Assembly: GCA_038087875.1 (NCBI GenBank)
Contig: CM075992.1
Location: 7,876,001-7,940,000, forward strand
Source of the DNA: Malacoraja senta
Lineage: Eukaryota
Direction of reading: 5' to 3'
DNA length: 64,000 nucleotides
Position numbers and translations under genes: made by a program. The notes below the pieces were generated by a model. The model did no database searches, was not told the origin of the DNA, and saw nothing but the letters and a program-made list of their open reading frames with translations. Position 1 is the first letter of the stretch; every line of letters begins with the position of its first letter. Of the stretch, positions 24,090-37,340 are shown in pieces.

Positions 24090-24254
24090 TGCGTATCAAA
24101 TTTCCTTTAGTGGTGGGTGGGAGATTCAGGACATTGCCACTCACTGAGTAGAACAGTTTTTCCTAGTATTCCCATTCTTGCTCAATAAGCTAAAATCTGT
24201 GGACCCAAGGCCTTACTAAAAAAAGCTAAAGGGAAACACTTTTCTTTATCCACC

Positions 24255-25250
24255 TTATTGCTGAGACCAATGCTGTCTGCAATATATGTGAATGATTTGG
24301 ATGGGATTGTGGGAGGCATAATCAGTAAGTTAGCGAATGATACAGAGATTGGCAGAGTTGTTGACAATGTGGTAGGTATCCCTAGATTGCAGAGAGACAT
24401 TGATGTGCTGGTGAGAGCGGATGAAAAATGGCAGATCTAGTTTAACTCAGACAAACATGTGGTGATGCATTTTTAGAGAACAAATGAGGCTAGAACATTC
24501 ACATTAACCAGTAGAGTCTTAGGGAATATTGTGTAACACAGAGACCTTGGAGTACAAGGTCATAGATCCTTGAAGGTGGCAAAAGAGGTAGACAATGTGG
24601 TTAGGATGACATATTGGAAACTGGCCTTAATTAATTAGGGCATTGCTCCAACCTTATTCAAGCTTGGTCAAACTTTGGATGGAGTACCGTGTGCAATTCT
24701 GGTCAATCATACTTTAGAAAGGACGTGACAGAGCTGGAGAAGGTACAGTGGAGATTATAATCAATAGTCAATTTTATTCGTCACATACACATATAAGTGC
24801 AGTGAAATGAATTTAACAAAGCTATTGCCTGGGATGAGCAAGCAGTTCATTTAAGAGAAGCTAAGTCTGTTCTCCTTGGAGTGGAGAAGGTTAAGAGAAG
24901 ATACGATGGAGGTATGTAACATTATGAAGGGTATAGATAGGGTAGACTGCAAGAATCTTTTCCCAACATCAGAGGTAGATCAAACTAGAGGACATAGATT
25001 TAGGGTGAAGGGGAAAAGATGTAGAGGGGATCCGAGGGGGGACCCTCTTCACCCAGAGTGTGCTAAGTACCTAGAATACACTCCCCAACAGAGTGGTTGA
25101 CACTGGGTTACTGACAGTGTTTGAGAAGTGTCCAAAGTAGCACATGAATCATTCAGGTATAAAAGACTATGGACCAAATACTGGGATTATGGGCACTACA
25201 TGATCAGCATTGACGAGTTGGCCTGCTTCCATGTCTTACAATTGTATACC
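24255..25250 (+). mobile_element. Old CR1 RT/3' fragment (Rex/Babar tail stub inserted at ~24760-24815, minus)
   Basis: IYVNDLD...ISKLANDTEIG, EWRRLREDTMEV...TRGHRFRVKG. Confidence 0.85.
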
Positions 25251-25259
25251 TCTATGCAA

Positions 25260-25640
25260 CCTATCGTCGTTGCATACTTTTAAATCTCTCCTCAATGTCC
25301 TTTACTCCACAAGGAGATGATTCCCAGCTTCTCCAACCTATCATTGCAACTAAAATCCATCATTCCTGGCACAAGATAAGGAAATTCCTTCCACTGCCTC
25401 TCAAGAACCTTCATTTCTTTCCTAAAGTATAGTGACCAAAACTGGACATAATAGTGTAGCAGCCCGATGACAGCTATGGAAATATACATCATAACTTCAC
25501 TACTTTTGTATTCACAACCGCTATTATTAAGCTCAAAATCCTATGTGGTTTGCTAATTACTCATTCATTACATCTTGTCACATTTAAATATCCATGCATA
25601 TGAACTTCCGGTCCCTCCATTCTTGTACATACTTTAGAAC
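25260..25640 (-). mobile_element. Old CR1 fragment
   Basis: LLHYYVQFWSLYFRKEMKVLER...DRLEKLGI. Confidence 0.75.
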
Positions 25641-25678
25641 TGCACTATTTAGGTCTAGAAAGAGAAAGCCCCTTAGAA

Positions 25679-25820
25679 TAGAGACACAGGAAATTGCAGA
25701 TATTAAAATCTTGAGCAAAACAAAGTATGAAGAAGGGCCCTGACCTGAAATATCGCCTATCCATTCCTTCCAGAGATGCAGCTTGGCCTGCTGAGTTCCT
25801 CCACCACCGTGTGTTACTCA
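25679..25820. mobile_element. Older Penelope-like fold-back insertion, 14-bp TSD
   Basis: Short inverted tail, then tgaagaagggccctgacctgaaatatc...gagatgcagc. TSD aaagccccttagaa at 25665-25678 and 25821-25834. Confidence 0.8.
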
Positions 25821-26418
25821 AAAGCCCCTTAGAACCTTAGCTTGTAGTAACACCTTTAATGCAAATCTTCCCTCTATTTTTTTCTTGGTCTCCATTCGGC
25901 CTGTTGAATCACTTGTAATCATGGCAAGACTTTGTGTAGGCTGACCCTTAGAGAATAGGAGCTCTTCAGTGTTTGCAACACAGCTAAGTGCCAACAACTG
26001 TGTGAAATTTAATAACAATTAGTCCTGGACCATGCTGCTTTATATATTAGGAAGTGCTGCCTGGCAAAAACATGTGCTGCAGAGTTACATTAGCATGGCA
26101 ATAAAGAATTGAAATCCTAACGCATGAATTGGCCAGGATGAACCACTGGGGACTGAATTAGCAATCCTATAACAAAGTAGACTCATTGTTAGGCAATCTT
26201 TCTTAATTTAAAGATAAAAGTTATAAATTATCTTTAAAATGGTAAACTACCCTGGAAGAAATATCTATCAGAGATAATTTGCACTGATCTCAGCCTGGCT
26301 GGTAGCTGGGTACAATAACTGGAAAAGAGCAAAAGACTGAGTCACTGGAAAGTGAAAATGTGCATGCCAGGCAGGAATTGAATTTACATGTTCTAGTCTC
26401 TAGATTAAATGAACCTTT

Positions 26419-27197
26419 AATACAACAATACAATACAATACCGTTTATTATCATTTGGACCTCATGAAGTTCAAACGAAATTTGGTTTCTGCAGTCATAC
26501 AAGAAAAGAACCAAGACACAACACAATTTACACAAACATCCATCACAGTGAATCTCCTCCTCACTGTGATGGAAGGCAAAGTCTTGTCTCTCCCCTGCAC
26601 TCCCCATTCTCCTCCCGATGTCAAAGTCAAAGCCCCCGGCGGGCGATGGTAAGTAAGTCCCGCGGCCATTCAGGCCGCGCCGGGCGATGCAAGGCCACGC
26701 TCCAGGTCATCTTCAACCCCGCAACTCGGGCGGGAGTAGCTGCCGTTGCGGGAGCTCCGAAAAGCGGTCTCCCACCAGGGACCCGCGAGCTCCCGATGTC
26801 ACCGTCCACCAGACCTGCGGCTGGAGCCTCCGAATCTCCGGGGTCGGGTCGCAGCCGCGCGCCACCACAGCTCTCCATGCTCCCACAGCTCTCCATGCTC
26901 CGAACTCGGCCAGCTCCACGATGGTGAGTAGTCCGCAGGCTCCGCGACTGGAGCCCCAGGTCGTTCCGGTTGGAGGCCTCTCCACGGTGCTAGGCCCCAA
27001 CGACAACGGAGACCCGACAAAGGTCGGGTCCTCCATACAGGGAAAAGATTTTAAAAGTTTCCCCACCCACCCCCCACATGTACCCAGTTAAAAAAAAAAA
27101 CACTATACATTACACACTACACGCAAACGAGACAAAAAAAATTTAAAAGACAGACGGACTGCAGAGGCCGCTGCGACGTGGGTCGCGCCGCCTATCG
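26419..27197 (-). mobile_element. GC-rich non-autonomous retroposon, apparently full length
   Basis: 5' stem GATAGGCGG/CCGTCTGTC, T-rich tract, GC-rich body, hairpin TCCATCACAGTGA...TCACTGTGATGGA (26539-26573), aataaa and a (tgtat)n tail. Confidence 0.7.
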
Positions 27198-30100
27198 TAC
27201 TATGACACTTCATCACTGGATTAAGACACTTCATCCAGGCTAATTCATATCATTGATTAATACCTTGTACACGAAACAAGGATTTGTAATCCAATAGAAA
27301 CCAAAGTTAAGAAAATGGAGAAATAGTATCTTTCTTGAAAAAAAGATGCATAACCACATTTTCATAAACCAAAGGCAGGAAATCGATTCCGGTTATTTCT
27401 CTTCCATTTAAATTAATTATATAGTCAGAAAATCAAACAGCTCTTTCTAATATACTCAATTACTGGCAGTCAACCAAAATGCATTCTTTAAACTCCAAAA
27501 TCCATGGGCTACTGATCTAGATAGCTATGGGCAAATTGTAGCAAATTGAGATTAGTATCAATGGACTGTCATGGATACAGGGGTCTGAAGAACCTGTTTC
27601 TATGCTATATGACTTGATGACATTCGCTTTCATCGCAACTTTCTTTAACCTGGATTTATTTTTGCATCTTAAAGACTATGAATTTCCAGCTGAAGATAAA
27701 AATTGTATGCATCAGATTCAATCACATTTTGCTGTTCCCTTCAGTACTTTGAATTGAAAATTGGGTTAATGTGGAGTAAATTATTTTTGTGACCATCTCC
27801 CAGTCAAATCATGCCAAATCATGGAATTAATTTGGACACTTCCAGTCTGGGCTGACCTTATCCAAACCACCCACCTACATTTAGAGCTCCAGCTTCCAAT
27901 TTGTTCTCCTGCGCCTGTTCTCAGAAGAAGAGATTGGATAGCACTCTGTTGTGCTACAATACAATGCCCAACAGGTCTCAGTCACAATGGATACTGATGT
28001 ACAGGGGGCGGCTATCAAAAGATTAGCTGTTTCAAAATATTAATACCATTCCAGTGAATCTGCTATGTGCAATGAACTTTCTTGTATTGTGGGAAGTGTT
28101 TATTAGAATAATGAATTCAACATTGCTGAAAATTTAAAAGATGCTGTTACGTTGAAATGGTTGGAATGAAATTCAACTGCATCCTTTGGGAAAAAAAGAT
28201 ATTCATTCTGAGCACTTCATATTGTATATCGTATTGAAATACAACTTGGAATTTGAACTAATTAAAGCTTATGATCACCTATTTTGATTCCATTAAATTG
28301 AATCATACAAGTGATACAATGGCAACTCCCTCTATATGATTAAGATCAATATGTCAGCCAAGTATTTTACTGAAAACTGCAATGTCAATATCTTTAAGCC
28401 ACAATGTAAATGCCCCAATACCTACCACTATGTCTATATATAACCCTTACCTATATGACAATGGATTTGCATCATGAACCTGATTGTTGGGACGCAATGT
28501 TCGACCTCTGGCGGAAAAATATCGGGCCACATTTAGCTGTCAAAACGGTGACATGCTAATTGCCTTCTCAGTTCTTTAGGCACCAACAGTAAAGTAAATC
28601 TGGGTGAAGGACAAATGCATAGTTAAACTGCAAAGTCAAATAAATGAGTCATAGAAATACGTTAGTCGTTACAAATCTAAAATGCCATTTTCATGAAGTG
28701 ATATGTTAATTAATGCAATTTAACTTCATAGGCACTCAAATTAACTATTACAAATATGAGATTTGATTTCCTCGTGTTAATTGAAGTTTAAGGTATTACA
28801 TTGGCTTTCTTTAAAACGTCCTCTATTTTCTCTCTATTTCCCTTCATTTAATCTTCCTTTATTTTAACCAATTTAACGTGAAATCTTTTGCCGATGAATT
28901 AATCTAGTCAAATTTATTCTTTCTTATCAATCCTTGCAATTTTCATAGTTCTTCAGTTTATTTCCTGAAGGAATTCACTGTTTTTTTTGTTTGAAGAAGT
29001 TCTATATTCCACAATTCCATTGCCTGTGCTACCTTAGGTTCATGTTTTCAGCAAACTGACAAGCAAACATGCAGTGTAAAGTCTGTACCAGATGTCTTCA
29101 GATGCCTTGCTAGAGAAATGTTTGACCAAATAATAAAAATATATTTTTAAATAGCTTTGCCTCTGCATATGCTGCAAATTCTAGCCAATATATATATATA
29201 TATATTTATTGTTATATTGGGCGAAACATTTTGTCAATGCTTTTTCAAAATCTGATTTGACGTTTTATCTTCCAAATTACTAAAGCCAGAAATAAAGAAT
29301 GAAACATATTTCACAATAATGGGATTAAAATGTATTTCACAATAACAGGATTAAAAGTGATGAAGTATCCAATGAATTACATTTTCCAATATCTTCAATA
29401 AAGTTTATACTTTTGTTTCAGTACACCTCAAAATGTTTGGTATTTTTGATTACAAAGCAAAGAGAATCAGAGTACAGCACAACTCCAACAATCCACCAGT
29501 AGATTTTGCTATGTAACTCCTAATAATACCCCAACACACTTTTAGTTCACTCTTTTTACATTTATACCATTGCATAATAAGTTTTCCAGTGAAATTGAGT
29601 GTCCAAATGGCACAGTGATACTGTATATAAATAGAAACACTCCAGACCCAGGCTAAGCCACACATCCACCTATGTTCCTAAACCTTGGTGTTCTTCTGGG
29701 CATCTGGCTCACAATATCCTTCGTCTGGCCGTATTCCATGCTCGCTCTCTGCCGCCCCTTCCCCCCTCCCCGTTCATCTTCTGGGCTTTTTGATTGCAAT
29801 TAGAAAGTCTATATTTTCTAATAGCTTTCATACATAGAATCAGAGACAAAGCAAATGATACACTGACAATTCTCTCTCAATTTGTTTTAGCCATCTGATT
29901 TAGCTTTTTCTTTTTAAATTAACCTGCTATCTGTTGATACCTTTAAATCAGAATCTTTACGTTTTTAATGGCAAAGTTAAATTTAGCATTTCCATAGATC
30001 CCAAAAGTCACAAACCAAAGCAGCAAAACAAGGTACTTCAAAACAACAGCCAAACAGGCCGATTGCTTCCCAAGTAATGTTAAATCCTAGATTATCCATC

Positions 30101-30690
30101 TCCAATTAGTGCAACCTATGTGCTACAATTCTGCTTTTATAATTTTTTTTTTTAAGTTAAAGAACAATATAAAATACCGATGATTTTGGGAAACAATTGT
30201 AGAATTATAACTCCAAAGTATTAGTCAAAAAATTGCATGATACCACTAAACCTTAAATTCAATTATTGATATCTGTAATCCAGTGGCCTTGATGTTATGG
30301 CCTCCATAAACACCCAAGCGGTCATAAAATAGCAAGTCCAAGGAATCAAACAGTAAATCTTCACTGAACAATATTAAACAAAATTAACTTCCTCTCAAGA
30401 CCTTGGGTGGATCGAGGTGGCTTTATAAACCTCTGCAATAAGTCTGTGATGAGCGAGTCAACCTGTGGAGTCCAGTACACAATTGTGCTGTGATTAAACT
30501 GTGGAAGCTGTCACTTGCCAGATGATTGGAATTCGCACTCATTAAAATGGATTTGACGTTCTCAGTGCCATCCAAAAAAGCTGCTTCAACACAAGCTCTG
30601 GGTATATTCTGTGAGAACACTGTGGTCTACAGTCTGAGGGACAACAACTGGCATCTTCATTACTCAAGTATTATCGTTATGTCAAATTGT

Positions 30691-30997
30691 GGCACACAGT
30701 GGCGCAGCGATTGAGTTGCTGCCTTACAGAGCCAAGGACCCCGGTTCGAACCTGACTATGATCCTGTCTGTACAGTTTGTATGTTCTTCCTGTGACTGCG
30801 AGGGTTTTCTCCGGATCCTCCAGTTTCTTCCCACACTCCAAAGACATACAGGTATGTAGGTTAACTGGCTTGTCTAAATTGTAAATTGTTCCTAGTGTGT
30901 GGGATAGCGCTAGTATATGGGTGGTCACTGGTCGGTGTGCACTCGATGTGCCGAAGAGCCCATTTTCATGCTGTCTCTCTAATGTCTAAAAGTCTAT
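30691..30997 (+). mobile_element. V-SINE (HE1-like)
   Basis: A box tggcgcagcga, B box ggttcgaacc, V-domain, CR1-type tail gccgaagagcccattttc...gctg. Confidence 0.9.
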
Positions 30998-31107
30998 AGT
31001 CCAAGACATCCCAAGTTTAATCAGGGCTTTGAAGGAAGCACCTTGCATACCTAAAACGGAGGCGCCTTTCTGACAAAGCGACAAATGTAGGACTATATGT
31101 CAACTAA

Positions 31108-31477
31108 GCTCTCTCTCTCTGCCCTCTCTCTCTCTCTCTCTCTCTCAGCCCCCTCCCTCTCTCTGCCCCCTCCCTCTCTCTGCCCCCTACCCTCCCTCTC
31201 TAGCCGCGCCTGCGCAGTTGGGGGCTATGCGTGAGTGGATAGGGCGAGGGATGGGTAAAAGGAGCGAATAAATAATATTAATATAATATCAAGGGGGGTT
31301 AGTGTGTGTGTGGAGGGAGGGAGGAGGGTTAGTGTGTGTGTGGGAGGGGAGGGGGTTAGTGTGTGTGTGTGGGGGGGTGGTTAGTGTGTGTGTGTGAAGC
31401 CGCAGGCCGCACCCCCACCCCCCCAACCACCACCGCGCGTTGAGGGGACGGGACCCAACGGGTCCCACTTGGTCTAG
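31108..31477 (+). mobile_element. Helitron-type non-autonomous element 3' part
   Basis: (ct)n and ggttagtgtgtg repeats, hairpin GGGACCC-aac-GGGTCCC (31450-31466), terminal CTAG|T. Confidence 0.75.
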
Positions 31478-31676
31478 TGTCAACTAAAAGGCAAATAAAC
31501 AAAAGCTAAGCAATTCCACAACTAAGATCAGATCAAACTTTTGCAATCCCACTGCGAATTAAAAAAAACACATTACTGTCCAATACACAGCTAAAGCTCT
31601 TAGTCGAGCATCTTCAGCTAGAATTGCCAAATGGTTGATCCATCTCTATTTCCTCTCAAGGATGTTGCCGGGAATG

Positions 31677-32733
31677 GATACATAGATACATAGAAAATAG
31701 GTGCAGGAGTAGGCCATTCGGCCCTTCGAGCCTGCACCGCCATTCAATATGATCATGGCTGATCATCCAACTCAGTATCCCGTACCTGCCTTCTCTCCAT
31801 ACCCCCTGATCCCTTTAGCCACAAGGGCCACATCTAACTCCCTCTTAAATATAGCCAATGAACTGGCCTCAACTACCCTCTGTGGCAGAGAGTTCCAGAG
31901 ATTCACCACTCTGTGTGAAAAAGTTTTTCCTCATCTCGGTCTTAAAGGATTTCCCCCTTATCCTTAAGCTGTGACCCCTTGTCCTGGACTTCCCCAACAT
32001 CGGGAACAATCTTCCTGCATCTAGCCTGTCCAACCCCACAAGAATTTTGTACGTTTCTATAAGATCCCCTCTCAATCTCCTAAATTCTAGCGAGTATAAG
32101 CCAAGTCTATCCAGTCTTTCTTCATATGAAAGTCCTGACATCCCAGGAATCAGTCTGGTGAACCTTCTCTGCACTCCCTCTATGGCTATAATGTCCTTCC
32201 TCAGATTTGGAGACCAAAACTGTACGCAATACTCCAGGTGTGGTCTCACCAAGACCCTGTACAACTGCAGTAGAACCTCCCTGCTCCTATACTCAAATCC
32301 TCTTGCTATGAAGGCCAACATACCATTCGCTTTCTTCACTGCCTGCTGCACCTGCATGCCTACTTTCAATGACTGGTGTACCATGACACCCAGGTCTCGC
32401 TGCACCTCCCCATTTCCTAATCGGCCACCATTTAGATAATAGTCTGCCTTCCTGTTTTTGCCACCAAAGTGGATAACCTCACATTTATCCACATTATACT
32501 GCATCTGCCAAACATTTGCCCACTCACCCAGCCTATCCAAGTCACCTTGCAGTCTCCTAGCATCCTCCTCACAGCTAACACTGCCCCCCAGCTTAGTGTC
32601 ATCAGCAAACTTGGAGATGTTGCTTTCAATTCCCTCGTCCAGATCATTAATATAAATTGTAAATAGCTGGGGTCCCAGCACTGAGCCTTGCGGTACCCCA
32701 CTAGTCACTGCCTGCCATTGTGAAAAGGACCCG
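31677..32733 (-). mobile_element. Young CR1 LINE, 5'-truncated, near-intact RT C-terminal ORF
   Basis: VTSGVPQGSVLGPQLFTIYINDLD, ISKFADDTKLGG, RPHLEYCVQFWSP and SRTRGHSLRI are in one frame, with a frameshift near the C-terminus. Ends in a (ctatgtat)n tail. Confidence 0.97.
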
Positions 32734-33079
32734 TGGAGGAGGAGGTATGAGGAGAGATTAGATAGGCTGGGATTGTTCCCCCTGGCATGAAGAAGGTCAA
32801 AAGGTGATCTTATTGAGATGTACAAAGGGCATAGATAAGATGGATTTTCAGAGTTTTTTTTAAATTTACTTATGATGATTAAAAAGAATGATGAGAGTAA
32901 TGAAGATATGGTAGGCAATGGACATTTTGGCTATCACACTGAAGATTTATGCTCCAGAACAGGACATACCTCTACCAAAGCTGCTCCAGCACACCTATAA
33001 CACATCTAGTTAATATGGAAATTTAGTTATGATTGATACACAAAAAAACAGATCAAGTCCAATTTGATGAATCATTTCA

Positions 33080-33545
33080 CTATCAATCATAAGCATGGTG
33101 ATGAAGATGTTGTTGACAGTGCTGTCAAGTTGCACTTACTCGCCAATAACCTGCGACTCAGTATGGGCACCAATCAACTCCATGCCTCATTACAGTCTTG
33201 ATCTATACATGGACAAAACAGCCAAGCCCACAGTTGAAGAAAGAATGATCTTCTTTGAAATTAAGACACCAATGTGCTCTGGGAATAGTGAAGATGATGG
33301 CAATCCAAAGCAAGCTCCCCATGACTGGAGTCAACCTAGTACAAAGGAAATAGTTATGGTTGGAAGTCTCATCACCTCAGATCTCGGTCATTGCTGCAAA
33401 ATTTCCTCACAAATGGCATGGTTTCCTGATGGTTTCTTGAGCACTTTGTTCAATTCCACTTGCAACTGTCAGATAATTATAAACATTTGCTCACACCTAA
33501 AGGTTTTATGTGGCAAGTAACAATCATGAACACCAGTGCCAGGCA
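33080..33545 (+). mobile_element. Old CR1/L2-group LINE RT fragment (continues at ~34770-34960)
   Basis: Decayed homolog of 63150-63660. Confidence 0.5.
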
Positions 33546-33569
33546 AAGATTAATTTTAACGCATGGGAT

Positions 33570-33920
33570 GGGATGAAATCACTGTGACTTGATCCTTTGG
33601 AATCAGATGTGGCTTAGTCGTAGAAGCAGAGGGTTTTGGTGGAAAGGTATTATTCTGGCTGGGGTTCTTGACCAGTAATGTTACACAGGAAGAGAAACAG
33701 TGCAGTGTTGTGTTATTTGTGATACATATAAATTACTTGGATGTAAATCTAGTTGGTAAATTTGAAGATAGCACACAAATTGGTGGAGTCGAGGACAGTG
33801 AGGAATGCTGTCAAGTATACAGCGGGAATCAGCTACTGGGTGGAGAAATGGCAGTTGGGAATTTAACCCAAGCAAGTGAGAAGTGTTGCAATTTGGGAGG
33901 TTGAATGTAATATAGCCATG
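33570..33920 (+). mobile_element. Old CR1 RT fragment
   Basis: LFVIHINYLDVNLVGKFEDSTQIGGV. Confidence 0.7.
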
Positions 33921-34049
33921 TGAATATGCAGGGAATGGAGGGGTGTAGGTCACCTGCAGGCAGAGGAAATTCGTATAACCTGGCATTGTGTTTGTCACAG
34001 ACCTTGTTTTCATTCGGCCTATTCCAGTGCTGTATTACACCATGTTCTA

Positions 34050-34751
34050 CCGTGCCCTCCATAATGTTTGGGACAAAGACCCATCATTTATTGATGGTAG
34101 TAGCATAAAGAATTCTGAAGTGTATAGACACATCCAATCTGCTCAAGTTCAAACAAATGCCTTAAAACTCATTTGCCGGCAGTTCATTCGACACCAAGAC
34201 AATGGTCCCAAACATACTGCTAAAGCAACAAATTTGTTTTTCAAAGCTGAAAAATGGTCAATTCTTGAGTGGCCAAGTCAATCACCCGATCTGAACCCAA
34301 TTGAGCATGCCTTTTATATGCTGAAGAGAAAACTGAAGGGGACTGGCCCCCGAAACAAGCATAAGCTAAAGATGGCTGCAATACAGGCCTGGCAGAGCAT
34401 CACCAGAAAAGACACCCAGCAACTGGTGATGTCCATGAATCGCAGACTTCAAGCTGTCATTGCATGCAACAGATATGCAACAAAATACTAAACATGACTT
34501 TCATTTACATGATATTGCTGTGCCTCAAACATTATGGTGCCCTGAAATGGGGGGGGGGGGGGACTATGTATAAACACTGCTGTAATTTCTACATGGTGAA
34601 ACCAAAATGTATAAAAATGGCCTTTATTGAAATCTGACAATATGCACTTTAACCACATGTGATTTTTTTCTATTACAAATCTCAAATTGTGGAGTATAGA
34701 GGCAAATAAATAAATGATGGGTCTTTGTCCCAAACATTATGGAGGGCATTG
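34050..34751 (+). mobile_element. Internally deleted Tc1 (same family as 47964-49611)
   Basis: ta|ccgtgccctccataatgtttgggacaaag left-end stub jumps into the transposase C-terminus (QDNGPKH...WPSQSPDLNPIEH, D34E spacing, stop 34491). The right TIR is complete. Confidence 0.95.
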
Positions 34752-35218
34752 TGTGTTCACTGAGAGAGTCCAACTTCCTACACCATGTTCAACAATATTG
34801 CAACACCAAATCCCTCAACAATATCACAGGAGTGTCACTAATGAGTGGAACGCAACGAGTCCAGCCATATAAATACGATTGCTACAAGAGTTCAGGGATT
34901 ACATATATTGCAGCGTGACTCAACATCCAATTCTACTTTATCGCCCAACCACTAACAGCCCTTCTACCAGTGAGAAAAAGTTTTGACACAAAGTTAAAAG
35001 TACTTTAAGAAACAGAGAGGCAAAGTGATTTATAGTGGGAATTCAAGAATTCGTCCAGACAGTTAAACACAGCCATCAATGCTAGCGACACTGAAATTGA
35101 GGATATATACGCCTGAATTGTAGGCGTACAGAGCTGTTAATGGCTAAATGGATTGGATACTGCAATGGGTCGCAATGAGATTTGAAAACAAGGATGAAAA
35201 CTTTAAATGGAGGCATAA

Positions 35219-35345
35219 GTGACTGCAAATGCTGGAATAAAAGACAAACTGCTGCAGGGTCTTGAGATGAAACATCAACAATTTATTTCTCCTCCATAGA
35301 TGCCACTTGAGCTGCTGAGTACCTCCAGCATTTTGTTCTTTGCCT
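35219..35345. mobile_element. Old Penelope-like fold-back stub
   Basis: Short inverted piece ctgcaaatgctgg...gctgcag, then gggtcttgagatgaaacatc...tccatagatgcc...ctgagtacctccagca. Confidence 0.6.
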
Positions 35346-36391
35346 GAGATTTTTTAAATCATGCCAATGAGCCCTGAAATTTCAAAGGAAAATACTATTG
35401 AATCGAAGACTATAAAGCACAGTAAAGCTCTGAAAGTTTGTATTTTATCACCACAGCAGTAATATACATCTCCAGACACTGCCGCACGAGTATTTGAAAT
35501 GTTTAATACTCGATGATCTTTCAGTTAGAGAACTGGCATCCAACTGGAGCCTACAACTCAACTCACGTCATTAGGCTTGGTATAGGCTAAGCTTGCTTTT
35601 ACAGGCCCATATTCAGTAATATTATCTAAGTATTATCTGGTTACTTATAAACTTCTGAGATCAATGAGTAGTTATAGTTGTCGGTAAGTTCCAATTTACA
35701 GATTGACTTTATTGTGAAATGTTGTGAAAAGATGTGACTTTATTTTGTGTACGATGTGACAGACATCTAATAAATGTAAAGCTTTTACATATAGATGGGA
35801 GCTACTTGGCACTGTTCAGTGATTCAAATGTTACTTATTTTCAAGCAGATCAGGGGTGAATTTATAGTAACTACCATTATTCAGTCCTAAACATATCTAA
35901 ACATAAGAAAGAAAAATCACTGATCTAATAAAATCTACCAGTATAACGGCATTACAGCTCCCTGAGGAACGAGATTTAAAAAATATCAATGTAGTTCCTT
36001 CGGTGTTAAAGGTATAAAAATCAAATTTTGGAGAAATAGAATACAAATATTTCCTTTCAAATGTTTAAACTAATTTTCCTGCTTTATAAAAGTTTGCTGG
36101 TATAGCATTTTACTAAAAAATCTGCAAAACGTGTTTAGGGGTTTATTTATTCAGAATATCAATCAAAATTGAATGCTTCGCCAGAGGTTGATGTACTATT
36201 GGTTTTGTTTCGAGTCCTCTCAAAATCATGAAACAAATGCAATTTTCAAACCAAATCTGAAAGCCAGTTTCAATTGCAATTCATGCGACAGTTTAAAATG
36301 CTTTGAAATACAATTTGAAATCTGAATTTTGCACAGATTCTTGCAGATTATACCAATTAATATTCTGAAGTTCAATCCAAACATTGTTCTC

Positions 36392-36491
36392 ATCCATTCC
36401 TTCTCTCCAGAAATACTGCCTGTCCTGCTGAATTATTCCAGCTTTTTGTGTCTATCTTCGGTTTAGACCAGCATCTGCAGTTCCTTCCTAC
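36392..36491 (+). mobile_element. Penelope-like extreme 3' end, 11-bp TSD
   Basis: PLE tail to ...gcagttccttcctacac. TSD acattgttctc at 36381-36391 and 36492-36502. Confidence 0.85.
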
Positions 36492-36859
36492 ACATTGTTC
36501 TCGTGTTCTTCTGCTAACCACTTACTTAGCTTTCTCAACTCACTTAAAACCTTTGACCCCACCAACCAGTTGGGATGATGGAGCATTCATCAACCCACAA
36601 CAAATCATTTCCATCTTACACTTGGTTCATGATGGCACGTAAGCCAAGATACTAACCTACAGTCTACAATAGAACTAACCTCAGTGCAAAAACCTGTAAG
36701 TACCCAGGCACTTTTTTTAAAATTTCAAAATGGGAAGCTTTTAAACATGAGATAGTGAGAGTTCAAGGCCAGCATATTCATGTTAGAGTGAAGGCCAAGA
36801 ATGGTAGGAGTAGGAACCCCTGGATGACAAGAGGCTCTGGTCAAGAAAAAAGGAGATAT

Positions 36860-37340
36860 AGTCTACCTTCTACCTCCCAGGGGAATTTGCCTCCATCGAC
36901 ATGCCTGCAGTCTACATTCCACCCCAGGCAGACATTCGGCTAGCACTGGAGAAGCTGCATGCCTTGGTCTAACAGCATACCTCAACCCCTTTCCCATCAT
37001 AGTGGGGAATCTCAACAAGTTTAGTTTGAAAAAAATAACTTTCATATACCACCAGCATGTGTCCTGCAGCACCAGAGGATCAAATAATCTTGAGCATTGC
37101 TACTTCATCAAATAGGTCTATCGCTCCATCCCTTGCCTGCACTTTTGAAAATCAGTCCACCTGGCTGTACTCCTTCTTCCTGCCTACAGGCAGCGACTGA
37201 AGAATGCAGCACCAGCGCTGTTGTTGGCCGAATCACAACAGATGAGTCAGCGCATAAGAGAGAGATAGAACACCTGGTTGAGTGGTGCCACAGCAACCTC
37301 TCGCCAAACATCAACAAAACCAAGGAACTCTGTCAGTGAA
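36860..37340 (+). mobile_element. Rex1/Babar LINE fragments (endonuclease end and RT)
   Basis: IIVGNLN, YHQHVSCSTRG, HLAVLLLPAYRQRLK, AVVGRITTDESAHKREIEHLVEWC...NINKTKEL. Confidence 0.8.

Noticed and set aside
29630..29780. Minus-strand ATG...AG|GTTTAG mini exon (MEYGQTKDIVSQMPRRTP)
   Set aside because: Very short, weak donor and no recognisable homology.
30691..30770. tRNA-like A and B boxes (also 17330-17398, 45420-45482)
   Set aside because: These are SINE heads followed by a V-domain and LINE tail, with no full cloverleaf.
32047..32666. Plus-strand ORFs of 65-130 aa (and minus ORFs at 42816-43667)
   Set aside because: Antisense shadows of CR1 ORF2.
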